The notes under the pieces: model-generated | What the model saw: the letters and a program-made list of their open reading frames with translations, nothing else | Told to the model about the DNA's origin: nothing | Databases searched by the model: none | Program-made: the position numbers and the translations under genes | NCBI GenBank assembly: GCA_023410975.1 | Contig: JAEYPG010000150.1 | Coordinates: 1-57,523, forward strand | From: Pseudomonadota bacterium | Lineage (GTDB): Bacteria; Pseudomonadota; Gammaproteobacteria; Burkholderiales; Burkholderiaceae_C | Length of the DNA stretch: 57,523 bases | Reading direction: 5' to 3' | Shown here: positions 18,276-27,438 of the stretch, one piece after another | Layout of the letters: each line of letters begins with the position of its first letter | How positions within the stretch are numbered: position 1 is the first letter of the stretch

Positions 18276-19772
18276 ATGGTGGAAGCAGGACAGGCATTGG
18301 AGCCGGGCGATGACGGCACGCGGCGCGACGACGTACAGGTCCGCGTAGCGAGCCTTGCCGAGCTGCTGGAGGGAGCCGATCTGCCGCTGGCCATAGACAC
18401 CTACCAGCGTGGCTTCGTCTGGGACGAGGACAAGATCGCGCAGCTGGCGGACGACCTGCGCGACTACGAGCGCTTGCCGGACCCCAAGCCGCCGTACTAC
18501 ATGGGCAGCGTGCTGCTGCATCGCGACATTCGGAACGAGCGACGGTTCGTGATCGACGGCCAGCAGCGGCTCACGGCGCTGTGCGTGCTGTACCACTGCC
18601 TCACGGGCAAGCTGCCGGCAAACTGCGCGCTGACGTACTCGCCGCAGTCCGCGCGTCGCATCCAGCAAGCGGCGGCCTATCTGAGAGCGAACGCGCAAGG
18701 CATCACCGCAGACGTGCTGCGGCGCATCGAGTTCACGCTCGTGTGCGTGCCGAACATCGACCTGGCATTCACCTTCTTCGACACCCAGAACAACCGTGGC
18801 GTCACGCTGCATGCCACCGACCTGCTCAAGGCCTACCACCTGCGTGCGGTGGACGGCGCGGGTGGCTCGCGCAAGGACGAGTTGCAGGCGTTGTGTGCCC
18901 GGCGCTGGGAAGGCGTGCAGCGCGGCGACAAGGTCCTGTCGCACGAGAAGGAATTCACGGCGGCCCTGTTCACCAAGTTCCTGTGGCGGGCGCGCTGCTG
19001 GACGGGGAACCAGGCGTCCCACGGCGGGCACGACGCGCTCCTGCACGAGTTCGAGAAGCAGTCCTGGGCACCGGAAGGCGACGGCTCGACCGTTCCGCTG
19101 TACCGATCGCGTCACAACCGCCTCGGCACGGCGCTGGTGGTAAAGGACGAAGGCGCAAGCGAGATCCAGGCGGCATCGATCCCGCTGAGCCCGCACGCCT
19201 GCGACCTGCCGTTTGCCATCCGGCAGCCCGTGCACAGCGGCCTGGGTTTCTTCCTCTATACCGACAAGTACGCGGCATTGCTGCGCAGGCTGATGACCGA
19301 GGAGGTGGTTTCCACCGAGGTCCACCGCGCCCGCGATGTCTACCACGGCATGGTCGAGAAGAACTCGCTCTACCTGCGCGAGATCTTCCTGCTGGCGTTG
19401 CTCATGTACAGCGACCAGTTCGGCGACGAGAGGCTCTGGGAGTTCTCGCTGTGGCTGGAGCACGCGCTCGGCGCAGTGCGGCTCGACAAGCAGCAGGTGC
19501 GCCAGGAAGCGGCACAGAATTTCTTCAGGTCCGGCGGCATGAACCTGCTGGACATGATTGCCAGCGCCTACCGACCGGAGCAGGTGACCAGCGAACTGGC
19601 CTCGCCGCGGTATGCCAAGCCCGCGGTCTACGCAAGAGAGTCCATCGACGCGGACGGCGGCGGCGTGCAGTCGGTCTACAAGCGGGCCGTGCTGCGGTAT
19701 TACGGACGGGAAGGATCGCTCTCGGAGAAGGTGCAATGGCTCAAGAACAAGACTGCGCAGGCGGCACGATGA
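18276..19772 (+). CDS. DUF262 (GmrS-like, ParB/Srx-fold) protein without an evident HNH domain (TgvA-like)
   Basis: YQRGFVW, YYMGS, IDGQQRLT, FDTQNNRG..L..DLLK. Start moved to ATG 18276 (GAGGGAG RBS). Confidence 0.85.
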   Translation: MVEAGQALEPGDDGTRRDDVQVRVASLAELLEGADLPLAIDTYQRGFVWDEDKIAQLADDLRDYERLPDPKPPYYMGSVLLHRDIRNERRFVIDGQQRLTALCVLYHCLTGKLPANCALTYSPQSARRIQQAAAYLRANAQGITADVLRRIEFTLVCVPNIDLAFTFFDTQNNRGVTLHATDLLKAYHLRAVDGAGGSRKDELQALCARRWEGVQRGDKVLSHEKEFTAALFTKFLWRARCWTGNQASHGGHDALLHEFEKQSWAPEGDGSTVPLYRSRHNRLGTALVVKDEGASEIQAASIPLSPHACDLPFAIRQPVHSGLGFFLYTDKYAALLRRLMTEEVVSTEVHRARDVYHGMVEKNSLYLREIFLLALLMYSDQFGDERLWEFSLWLEHALGAVRLDKQQVRQEAAQNFFRSGGMNLLDMIASAYRPEQVTSELASPRYAKPAVYARESIDADGGGVQSVYKRAVLRYYGREGSLSEKVQWLKNKTAQAAR

Positions 19773-21760
19773 ACATCGAATCAAACCTCTATTCCCTCAG
19801 GCAGATCACAGAGCAAAAGGAACAGTGGCACTTTCGCGTGCCGCTGTACCAGCGCCTGTACGTGTGGGGCGACGACCAGGTGCGCACGCTGCTGGAAGAC
19901 CTGTGCAACGCCCACGCTCGTGGCGAGCCGCTGTTCTTCCTGGGGGGCACGCTGATGGTCGAGCAGGAGAGCAGCAACGGCCGCTGCTTCGACCTCGTGG
20001 ACGGGCAGCAGCGATTCACCACGCTGTGGCTGCTGTGCCGCGTGTGGCGGCACGCGCTGGACGCCTTCATGCGGGTGAAGCTTGGTGACGGCATGGTGCC
20101 GCGACTGCAGTTCGCCATCCGTCCGGAAGTCAACCGCTTCCTCGCGGATCTGGCCGGCGGCGCCCATGGCGGGATGGACGAGGCCGATGCCGCGGCCACG
20201 GCCACGGCGAGGATGCGCACCGCGATGGACCTGATGGAATCCGTCTTCCAGCAGGCGGCCCGCGAGCGGAGAGTGGAGGATCGCGAGCGCTACCGTGCCG
20301 AACTGGCCGAATACGTCTTCACCCGGGTGCGCTTCGTGATCACGACCGTACCGCGCCAGACGGACCTGAACAAGCTGTTCGAGGTGATCAACAACCGCGG
20401 CGCGCAACTGCAGCACCACGAGGTCCTCAAGGCGCGGCTGCTTCAGGCGCTGGAGGAGAGCGAGCGCAGCAGCTATGCCTTGCTGTGGGATGCCTGTGCC
20501 GGCATGGATGATTTCATCGAGGACAACCTGTGTGCCCTCTCCAGCCTGCCCAAACATCGCGTCACGGCGTTGTACGAGGCGAAGCAGCTGCTCGATGCGG
20601 CCTGCGTGAGAAGCGTGCTCGATGACCGGGACGGCGATCGCGGCGCGCACCATGCCCGCTCGCTGCACGAGATCCTTGGATGCCCTGCGGACGGGCCTGC
20701 CGGCGATACCGAGAGCCAACAGGGCACGACGGCGCCTTCGGGCGTGCGCAGCATGTTCGGCTTTCCCTTGTTCCTGCAGCACGTCCTGCGCATCTGGCTG
20801 GCAGAGCAGGCACCACAGCGGCAGCTGGAGGATGTACCGCGCCTGCTGGATCGGGATCTGCTGGCGCTGTTCGACAACAGCTTCTTCCCCCATGTGCGCG
20901 ACGCCGGCGACGCGCGCTCCTTCATCGACCTGTTGTGGCGGTTGCGCGTGCTGTTCGACCAGCACTTCATCAAGTGGGTGGACCAGGGCGAAGAGGAGGT
21001 CCACCTGATCAGCGCCATCAGCGTCAGCACGAGCGCGAGGAGCCACAACCGCTACATGAACCGCTCGCGCGAGTCGGACACCAGCCGCGAACTTTCGCTG
21101 CTGCAGAGCATGCTGTACCACTCGCAGGAGATCACGACCCAGTACTGGGTCACCCCGCTGCTGATGTACGTGCACCGCAACAGCGACAGGCGTCCCGAGC
21201 AGATCTTCCAATACGTGCGCCACCTGGACAACCACCTGCTGGGATCTGCGACCGAGGAGCCGCTCGTGCGGCGCACCCGCTCCTTCATGGCAGACCCGTG
21301 GCAGTGCCGGGATCTGGTGCATGCCTCGGAGCTTAAGAAGCCCGCCGGCACGGAGTTCGCGCACTACTGGTTCTACAAGCTGGAATTCGTCCTGTGGTAC
21401 CTGTTGCGCCACGAGGAGCCGGGCTGGAGCGACTTCCGCATGACGGCCAAGAGTTCGGTGGAGCACGTCTCGCCGCAGACACCGACGCAGTGGGACGACA
21501 ACCGGGTCGATGAGGCACTGCACCACTTCGGCAACCTTGCTCTGGTGTCGCGCAGCGTCAACTCCGAGTACGGCAACCTGCCCTACAACGAGAAGCGGCA
21601 GCGCTTCCACAACCGGAACAAGGCCCGCGTCGATTCGCTGAAACTGGACCTCATCTACCGCAACAGGCAATGGAGCGATGAACTGGCTTTTGCGCACCAG
21701 GCTGAAATGATCCGGTGCATGGACCGCTACTGCGACGAGACGCCCAGGATGACGCCTTGA
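19769..21760 (+). CDS. DUF262-DUF1524 GmrSD-type modification-dependent restriction endonuclease (TgvB-like)
   Basis: PLYQRLYVW, VDGQQRFTT, FEVINNRG. C-terminal SVEHVSPQ...FGNLALVSRSVNSEYGN His-Me motif. ATGA overlap with the upstream gene. Confidence 0.88.
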   Translation: MNIESNLYSLRQITEQKEQWHFRVPLYQRLYVWGDDQVRTLLEDLCNAHARGEPLFFLGGTLMVEQESSNGRCFDLVDGQQRFTTLWLLCRVWRHALDAFMRVKLGDGMVPRLQFAIRPEVNRFLADLAGGAHGGMDEADAAATATARMRTAMDLMESVFQQAARERRVEDRERYRAELAEYVFTRVRFVITTVPRQTDLNKLFEVINNRGAQLQHHEVLKARLLQALEESERSSYALLWDACAGMDDFIEDNLCALSSLPKHRVTALYEAKQLLDAACVRSVLDDRDGDRGAHHARSLHEILGCPADGPAGDTESQQGTTAPSGVRSMFGFPLFLQHVLRIWLAEQAPQRQLEDVPRLLDRDLLALFDNSFFPHVRDAGDARSFIDLLWRLRVLFDQHFIKWVDQGEEEVHLISAISVSTSARSHNRYMNRSRESDTSRELSLLQSMLYHSQEITTQYWVTPLLMYVHRNSDRRPEQIFQYVRHLDNHLLGSATEEPLVRRTRSFMADPWQCRDLVHASELKKPAGTEFAHYWFYKLEFVLWYLLRHEEPGWSDFRMTAKSSVEHVSPQTPTQWDDNRVDEALHHFGNLALVSRSVNSEYGNLPYNEKRQRFHNRNKARVDSLKLDLIYRNRQWSDELAFAHQAEMIRCMDRYCDETPRMTP

Positions 21761-21928
21761 ATCCTTGGCGTCAGGTCCTGAGCGGTGTGCTGCTGTCCCC
21801 AGGTCTGCGAATGCCGTCAACGAGCAAGCGCTGTTGCCGCAGGACAGCAGCGCGTACCACTTCGGCCATCCCGGTACCTGATGGTATCGACAAAACCAGT
21901 TTTGTTGTCAAATCAACTAGATCAATAA

Positions 21929-22636
21929 ATGAAAAAACCAACCAGTTCGAATAACGCGATCCTTGTGCTTGAATGCCCTTGGGAACTTGACTCTGGAGAC
22001 GCGAATCGGTCAAGCGTGCTGCCTTTCGTCGAAGGCGTCGCCAAGCATGCCGGTAGCACCGAAGTGTTCCATGCAAATTTCTACGACTACAGGAGCTTCA
22101 AGCAGGCCCTGGAATGCCTCTGCAAGACACGGTACGCCAATACCACTGTCTATGTCGCAGGGCATGGCTCGAGAATCCATATCGGCGGCGTGAAGGTGCA
22201 GGATGTCCTGTTTGACATCGGGCAGAAGTCAAAGAAATTCAACATCACCGGCGTGCTGCTCGGAGCCTGTTTTGCAGGGAAGAACAACTTCCTCATGGAG
22301 GCATTCCTCGAAGGCACAGGGCTGAGGTGGTGTGCAGGCTACTCCAGCGCCGTGGAGTGGCTGCCCGGTACGCTGGTTGACTGCTCGATTCTCTCCAGGA
22401 TGTGCGAGATGGACCCGGAGGACGCCGAAGGTCGTGACTCGCTGGTCGAAATGCTTGGGGATGCCCTCGCACCATTCTCGCAAACCTATCCCATCGGGAG
22501 TGATGATGAGGAAGACGACGTGAGCCTGCGCGATTGCGTGCAGTTCGTCGTGCAACCCGCCGGACAGGGCTGGAAGGCAAGAACGGTGACCGACGACGTC
22601 TTTTCTTCGCACCTGGAGTGCCAAGTGGACGATTGA
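21929..22636 (+). CDS. Caspase/CHAT-fold (DUF6642-like) protein
   Basis: Strand-HG (VYVAGHG) followed by strand-C (VLLGAC), the His-Cys dyad layout of clan CD peptidases. Confidence 0.55.
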   Translation: MKKPTSSNNAILVLECPWELDSGDANRSSVLPFVEGVAKHAGSTEVFHANFYDYRSFKQALECLCKTRYANTTVYVAGHGSRIHIGGVKVQDVLFDIGQKSKKFNITGVLLGACFAGKNNFLMEAFLEGTGLRWCAGYSSAVEWLPGTLVDCSILSRMCEMDPEDAEGRDSLVEMLGDALAPFSQTYPIGSDDEEDDVSLRDCVQFVVQPAGQGWKARTVTDDVFSSHLECQVDD

Positions 22637-22803
22637 TTTCCGCAGCCGGTCGGTCGCGAACTGCGTGCAAGGAACGCGAGCATCGACGGCAGCCGCATCC
22701 GGAGCGTGGAACCTGCGCGAGCAGCGTCCGGTGAGGCCGGTGAGCCGGGGCTGCGACGGCGCCGCCTGTCGCGCTCTGTACCGTCGTCACGCGGTCGAGC
22801 CAT

Positions 22804-23688
22804 ATGCCGAACCACAGCCGGCAGCCACGTCTCTGGTGCACGTCGGGCAGCAACAAGCCAAACGGGGTCGAGGGCGACCGGCGTCTTCAGTTGCCTGACG
22901 AGCGCCGGTGCCAAAAACTGGGAGTACACGTGATCAAGGCAATCTCTGAGATACAGGAGCCGCAGTGGCTTGCGGACGTTGAACGGGACAACATCAATAG
23001 CCGTTCCTTGCCACTGGACGGCCTCTTGCAAGACTCGCTCTACTACCCCGCATCCGGCTTCGACGGCAACCCGATTCGGCGCCTTGCAGGAAACGTGTTC
23101 AGCTTCGTGTACGTCGATTACGGCATGAAGCGTGAAGCGCTCATGAACGCATTGGAACGTCCGGGGTTCCATGGCTACGAGCTGCTTGCCATGCGCGACG
23201 TGCGGCAACACGAGCTGTCCTCACGGCCTTGGCAACTACCTGCGCTGCTTCCTCAGGATGGCGATCCCTGGAGTTACCAGGACTACATCAAGGAGCCGTT
23301 CTGCATATGGGCCGTCTTCCAGCGGTTTCGCAAGATGCCGGACAGTCACGGCCCGCGGCGCTTCAGCCTGCTGTACTTGTGTGCGGATGGCGTGGCGGCG
23401 TTCCAGGCGCTTTACGTCGCCCATGCGATGAAGCCAAAGATCGTTGCCATCATCCAGCCAGGTCATGGCTTCGGAAGGAACTGGACAAACTTCACCGATC
23501 CGCAGCAGGTGTTCGCTCGGACAGTCCTGGGTAACCCGGCTGGGCGGCCACAAGTGTTGCTCCATGGAGGCAGTGGCGGCCGTGACTTCTACAGGACGTC
23601 GTGTTGGCCCGATTATCCCCGGCTGCTGAGGTTTGTAGGCAAGAAGGGCGGCCGCGATATCGGAATATTCGGTGGTCCGGGCCATTGA
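22804..23688 (+). CDS. Conserved hypothetical protein (LYYPASGxD motif, Rossmann-like); start uncertain, possibly GTG 22930
   Basis: Long ORF with ordered globular composition. LYYPASGFDG...FVYVDY resembles a methyltransferase-like motif I/II. Confidence 0.6.
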   Translation: MPNHSRQPRLWCTSGSNKPNGVEGDRRLQLPDERRCQKLGVHVIKAISEIQEPQWLADVERDNINSRSLPLDGLLQDSLYYPASGFDGNPIRRLAGNVFSFVYVDYGMKREALMNALERPGFHGYELLAMRDVRQHELSSRPWQLPALLPQDGDPWSYQDYIKEPFCIWAVFQRFRKMPDSHGPRRFSLLYLCADGVAAFQALYVAHAMKPKIVAIIQPGHGFGRNWTNFTDPQQVFARTVLGNPAGRPQVLLHGGSGGRDFYRTSCWPDYPRLLRFVGKKGGRDIGIFGGPGH

Positions 23689-23835
23689 CATGGTTGCCGA
23701 TAGGCGGCGTGATGTTGTGTGCGTCGGGCGCGCACGCGGGATGTGGCCCTGTCGCATATCAACTGACCTCAGCATGCGAAAGCGGCCAGCGCGTCGATTC
23801 GCGCTGCCAGGACGTATGGCGTTGAAGGAAGTCCT

Positions 23836-24573
23836 TTGCCAAGATTGACCCTGAAATCCGGACCACTGCTCATCGCATGTTTCGCGGCGAAAAATTCTAC
23901 CGATGAGCGCGACGCCTGGATCGATGAGAACGTGACGGCCCAGGCCCACGAGTGGCTGGGCGAGCCGGTCAGCGTGGATGAACGGGTCACCCTGGCCGAC
24001 TTGCTTGGGTTGCTGGCGTGCAGCCCGCTGTTGCAGGAGGTCTATCGTCGGTCTTACGCGCAGGAGATCAGTGCTGAGGCCTGCAGGGGCAGCGCGCCGG
24101 TCACGCGAGAGGACCCGGACGATGGCATCGAGGACCTGGAGCTGTGCCAGCACTGGAGCCTGGACACGACCACGCGCACGTACGAGCCGCTGCACCGTCT
24201 GACGCTCCATGGCATTGGGGTCGTACTGCAGCATGACCGGCCCGAGCTGGGCTGCAGCGCCGGCCAGCGTGTCCAGTGGGCCGTGAAGGCCTCGCCGCTG
24301 CGATCGCTGCTGGCGCTGCCGCTACGCGTGTCCCCTGTGGTTGTGGTCAGCGAAGCCGGGGACAAGGGCAACGGCCGTGACATCGATGAAGCGTTGCATC
24401 CGCACGTGACGCTGGGGCAGGTGCTGCACTCGGTGCTGTGGGAGCTGTCCTTCTTCGGGACGCCAGACGACACCAGCACTTGCGAATTGGCAGCACGTCT
24501 GGAAGCCGCAGAGCAGGCGCCGCTGCGCACGTTCACGTTGGAGGAATTCGATGAATGGCTGGACAAGCTGTAG
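23836..24573 (+). CDS. Hypothetical protein, paralog of 31829-32653
   Basis: Shares GIExLEL, LxGxGxxLxxD, LPLR and TLGxVLHxVxxxLSFFG blocks with 31829-32653. Start uncertain. Confidence 0.7.
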   Translation: MPRLTLKSGPLLIACFAAKNSTDERDAWIDENVTAQAHEWLGEPVSVDERVTLADLLGLLACSPLLQEVYRRSYAQEISAEACRGSAPVTREDPDDGIEDLELCQHWSLDTTTRTYEPLHRLTLHGIGVVLQHDRPELGCSAGQRVQWAVKASPLRSLLALPLRVSPVVVVSEAGDKGNGRDIDEALHPHVTLGQVLHSVLWELSFFGTPDDTSTCELAARLEAAEQAPLRTFTLEEFDEWLDKL

Positions 24574-24643
24574 CCGCACATCAATGCCAACGAGCACCGA
24601 CGTGCCGTGCCCGGGCACTTCCCCAGTACCCCATCCAACGCCC

Positions 24644-25633
24644 ATGTCATACGCCCTCCACAACCGTCTCGTGATCGGACTGGCCTCCAGCGCCTTGTTC
24701 GACCTCACGCAATCCGACAGGGTGTTCCGGGAGCACGGCGAGCAGGCCTACCGCTCCTTCCAGCGCGAGCACCAGCACGTGCCGCTGGCGCCGGGGGTCG
24801 CCTTTCCGTTCATCCGGCGGCTGCTGACCATCAACTGCATCCAGCCCCAGGATCCACCCGTGGAGGTCGTGCTGCTGTCGAGGAACGACCCCGACACGGG
24901 CATGCGCGTGATGAGATCCATTGCCCACCACAACCTGGGCATGACACGCGCGGTGTTCCTGCAGGGATCGTCGCCGCACCGCTTCATTCCCGCCTTCAGC
25001 ATCAGCCTGTTCCTCTCGGCCAACGAGGCCGACGTGCGGCAGGCCACCCTGGCGGGCTACCCGGCCGGCCAGGTGCTGAGCTCAAACCATCTTGACGTGG
25101 TGGACGACACCGGGCTGCGACTGGCCTTCGATTTCGATGGCGTGATCGCCGATGACGAAGCAGAAGCCGTGTACCGCAAGAGTCGGAACCTGGACGCGTT
25201 CAACGAGCATGAGACCCGTAACGTGGACGTGCCGCTCAACCCGGGCCCCCTCAAGGAGTTCCTGCACAAGCTCTCGGGCATCCAGCGGCTGGAAGAAGCC
25301 CGGGCGCAGGAGGAGCCTTCCTACACGCCCATGCTGCGCATCTCCATCGTCACCGCTCGCAGCGCGCCGGCGCACGAGCGCGTCATCAACACGATGCGCA
25401 GCTGGGGCATCACGGTCAACGAGGCCTTCTTCCTGGGCGGCGTCGAGAAGCGCCGCGTGCTCGAAGTGCTCGCGCCGCACATGTTCTTCGATGACCAGCA
25501 GGCCCATCTGATTCCGGCGTCGGAGATTCTCCCGGCCGTCCACGTACCTTTCGGGATTGCAAATCAGTCGCCAGCTCATGTGGCGGCATCTACACCCATG
25601 ATGTCAAAAGAAAGGATGGAAGTTTCACCATGA
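24644..25633 (+). CDS. 5'-nucleotidase (cN-I-like, HAD superfamily)
   Basis: LVIGLASSALFDL, SRNDPDTG, RLAFDFDGVIADDE, VTARSAPAHER, FFDDQ. Confidence 0.9.
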   Translation: MSYALHNRLVIGLASSALFDLTQSDRVFREHGEQAYRSFQREHQHVPLAPGVAFPFIRRLLTINCIQPQDPPVEVVLLSRNDPDTGMRVMRSIAHHNLGMTRAVFLQGSSPHRFIPAFSISLFLSANEADVRQATLAGYPAGQVLSSNHLDVVDDTGLRLAFDFDGVIADDEAEAVYRKSRNLDAFNEHETRNVDVPLNPGPLKEFLHKLSGIQRLEEARAQEEPSYTPMLRISIVTARSAPAHERVINTMRSWGITVNEAFFLGGVEKRRVLEVLAPHMFFDDQQAHLIPASEILPAVHVPFGIANQSPAHVAASTPMMSKERMEVSP

Positions 25634-26103
25634 ACCAAAGATTGGGCAGTATTTCGCTTGCTGGATGCAGGCTTATCTCCTTGGAATCAATTCCCAGAAT
25701 CGTGGGTGGAGATGTCGATCTTAGCCATTGTGGGCTGCTGTCGCTGAAAGGCTTGCCTTCCAAAATTGGGGGGGATTTGATTTGCAGTCACAATCGGATC
25801 AGCTCTATTGATGGTGGCCCGATCGAGATAGATGGCGATCTTTACCTGCAAGGCAACAAGATCAGTTCGCTCGAAAACGTGCACAAATCCATCGGCAAAG
25901 TCCGCTGCATATATGCCAAGGGCAACCCAAATTTGTCCAGAGTGCTGCATGTGTATTTTGTCAAGGGGTGCGAGCGCCTCGAAATCGACTGCGGCGACGT
26001 AATGACCATAGTCAACAAACATTTGTACCTAGGAAAGGCTGGCTTGGTTAAATGTCAGATGGAACTGATTAATAGCGGTCTTGACAAATATGCAAAGATG
26101 TGA
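25630..26103 (+). CDS. Short leucine-rich-repeat protein of phage type
   Basis: About 22-aa repeats LxSLxxxPxxIGGDxxxSxNxI, four units. AT-richer than its neighbours. ATGA overlap with the nucleotidase. Confidence 0.75.
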   Translation: MNQRLGSISLAGCRLISLESIPRIVGGDVDLSHCGLLSLKGLPSKIGGDLICSHNRISSIDGGPIEIDGDLYLQGNKISSLENVHKSIGKVRCIYAKGNPNLSRVLHVYFVKGCERLEIDCGDVMTIVNKHLYLGKAGLVKCQMELINSGLDKYAKM

Positions 26104-26218
26104 GGGCGCAAAGAAATAAATTCAATCCGCTCTGCGCAATCATTATGAGATTGAGTCATCTACTCGTGTTGCTGTGGACGCCTCAACCTCTTGAAGTCAT
26201 CTTAACCACTTGACGATC

Positions 26219-27379
26219 ATGGCAAGCATTTCATCGCTGGCTCCTTTCTCGCAGAAGTTTCTCTTCATCTCAAAATCGGGTGATCAGGAAAACCGGTTGT
26301 TGTCCTTCGTTATCGATGGCAACCTGAATTGGCATTGGAAAAATGTCTGGGAATCTGCTCTTGAAAAGAAGTTTTCTCATGGACGGGACGCCCAGAACAC
26401 GGATCGCGCCGGGTTGTTTTCCCTGTCTGGCAATAGTATCGTCGCCAAGCAACCGAAATGGGATCTGAATGACGTTTCCGATAAGGCTTCTATATCCGTT
26501 GAAGACGGATGGGGTGCTTCCCAAGACAACGGCAGCAAAGAGGCCCCGCCAGTCAAGGGTGGCATTGCCCACTCCCCCGATTGGCACAATGAGCTTCTGG
26601 CCTGCTATCGGTCAGCACATTTTTATGACGGCAAAGAATACGGCATCCATATCAGCAAGGCCGGAGCACTGGCGGCCGCAACAAGGGTTCACGAACGATG
26701 CCCCGGCCAAAATATCAACGTAGTCCTGCTTTCAGTTGTTTTCTTCCTGTTTGCGCATGAGTTGTGTCATGCATGGATCGAAGACATCTGTTCGCTGACC
26801 GATTTCATTGAGGGCGGCACAAAAGATATAAAGGAGCGTCGCTATCATCGCGCCCAGCAGCACTGCAATGGTTACATACTTATGGAGGAAGCGCTGTGCA
26901 ATACTGCGGCATTCGCGTGGCTTCGGCACTTTCTGTCTACAGGCGCTGGCGATCATTTGAATGGAAACGATAAATTTAGTGCGAACAAAATTCTCAATGC
27001 ATTTAAGGGTTGGCTAGAAGATCAGCCGAACGGATACAAGGATTTTGTGGTTTTGCCGGAAATTCCAGTTGATAGCAATAAATTCATCATAAACATGATG
27101 CGACTGATCGTTGAAATCTACGATTCTGCAAAAGAACTGAATTTCTGGAAGTATGTTTCCACTGCCGCAACGCAAGCCACACACTCTTCATGCAGCGCTG
27201 ACAACAAGCCCACAGAAAAACAGCCGGCCTGGAAAGACTATATTTCTCATGCCGCGACGGAAGCCATAGGTCTGTTCTTTGGTTGTGACGTCAAGCCTGA
27301 CGCGAGCTTAGGTGAAAGACGCCGCAGTCATATGGATGCCTTGTGGGTTGGGGAGGTGCCCGTATACCTCAAGGATTGA
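26219..27379 (+). CDS. Hypothetical protein with zincin-like HExxH motif
   Basis: FLFAHELCHAWIE followed by MEEALCN (third-ligand Glu). Low-GC ORF. Confidence 0.6.
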   Translation: MASISSLAPFSQKFLFISKSGDQENRLLSFVIDGNLNWHWKNVWESALEKKFSHGRDAQNTDRAGLFSLSGNSIVAKQPKWDLNDVSDKASISVEDGWGASQDNGSKEAPPVKGGIAHSPDWHNELLACYRSAHFYDGKEYGIHISKAGALAAATRVHERCPGQNINVVLLSVVFFLFAHELCHAWIEDICSLTDFIEGGTKDIKERRYHRAQQHCNGYILMEEALCNTAAFAWLRHFLSTGAGDHLNGNDKFSANKILNAFKGWLEDQPNGYKDFVVLPEIPVDSNKFIINMMRLIVEIYDSAKELNFWKYVSTAATQATHSSCSADNKPTEKQPAWKDYISHAATEAIGLFFGCDVKPDASLGERRRSHMDALWVGEVPVYLKD

Positions 27380-27438
27380 GGCTATAAATTTTACGTAGCC
27401 CAACTTCTGCGTTTTTAACCTGTGCGCCGCAAAAAATT

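Noticed and set aside
8827..18400. Very long minus-strand ORFs (1002, 1252 and 834 aa)
   Set aside because: Antisense shadows of GC-rich recC, recB and recD; no motifs.
18581..19768. N-terminal 396 aa of the 1059-aa ORF
   Set aside because: An off-frame overlap with the first DUF262 gene; the real start is ATG 19769.
22752..22772. TGCGAC...TGTCGC as a WYL site
   Set aside because: Spacing is 3 bp too long and the GAC core is missing.
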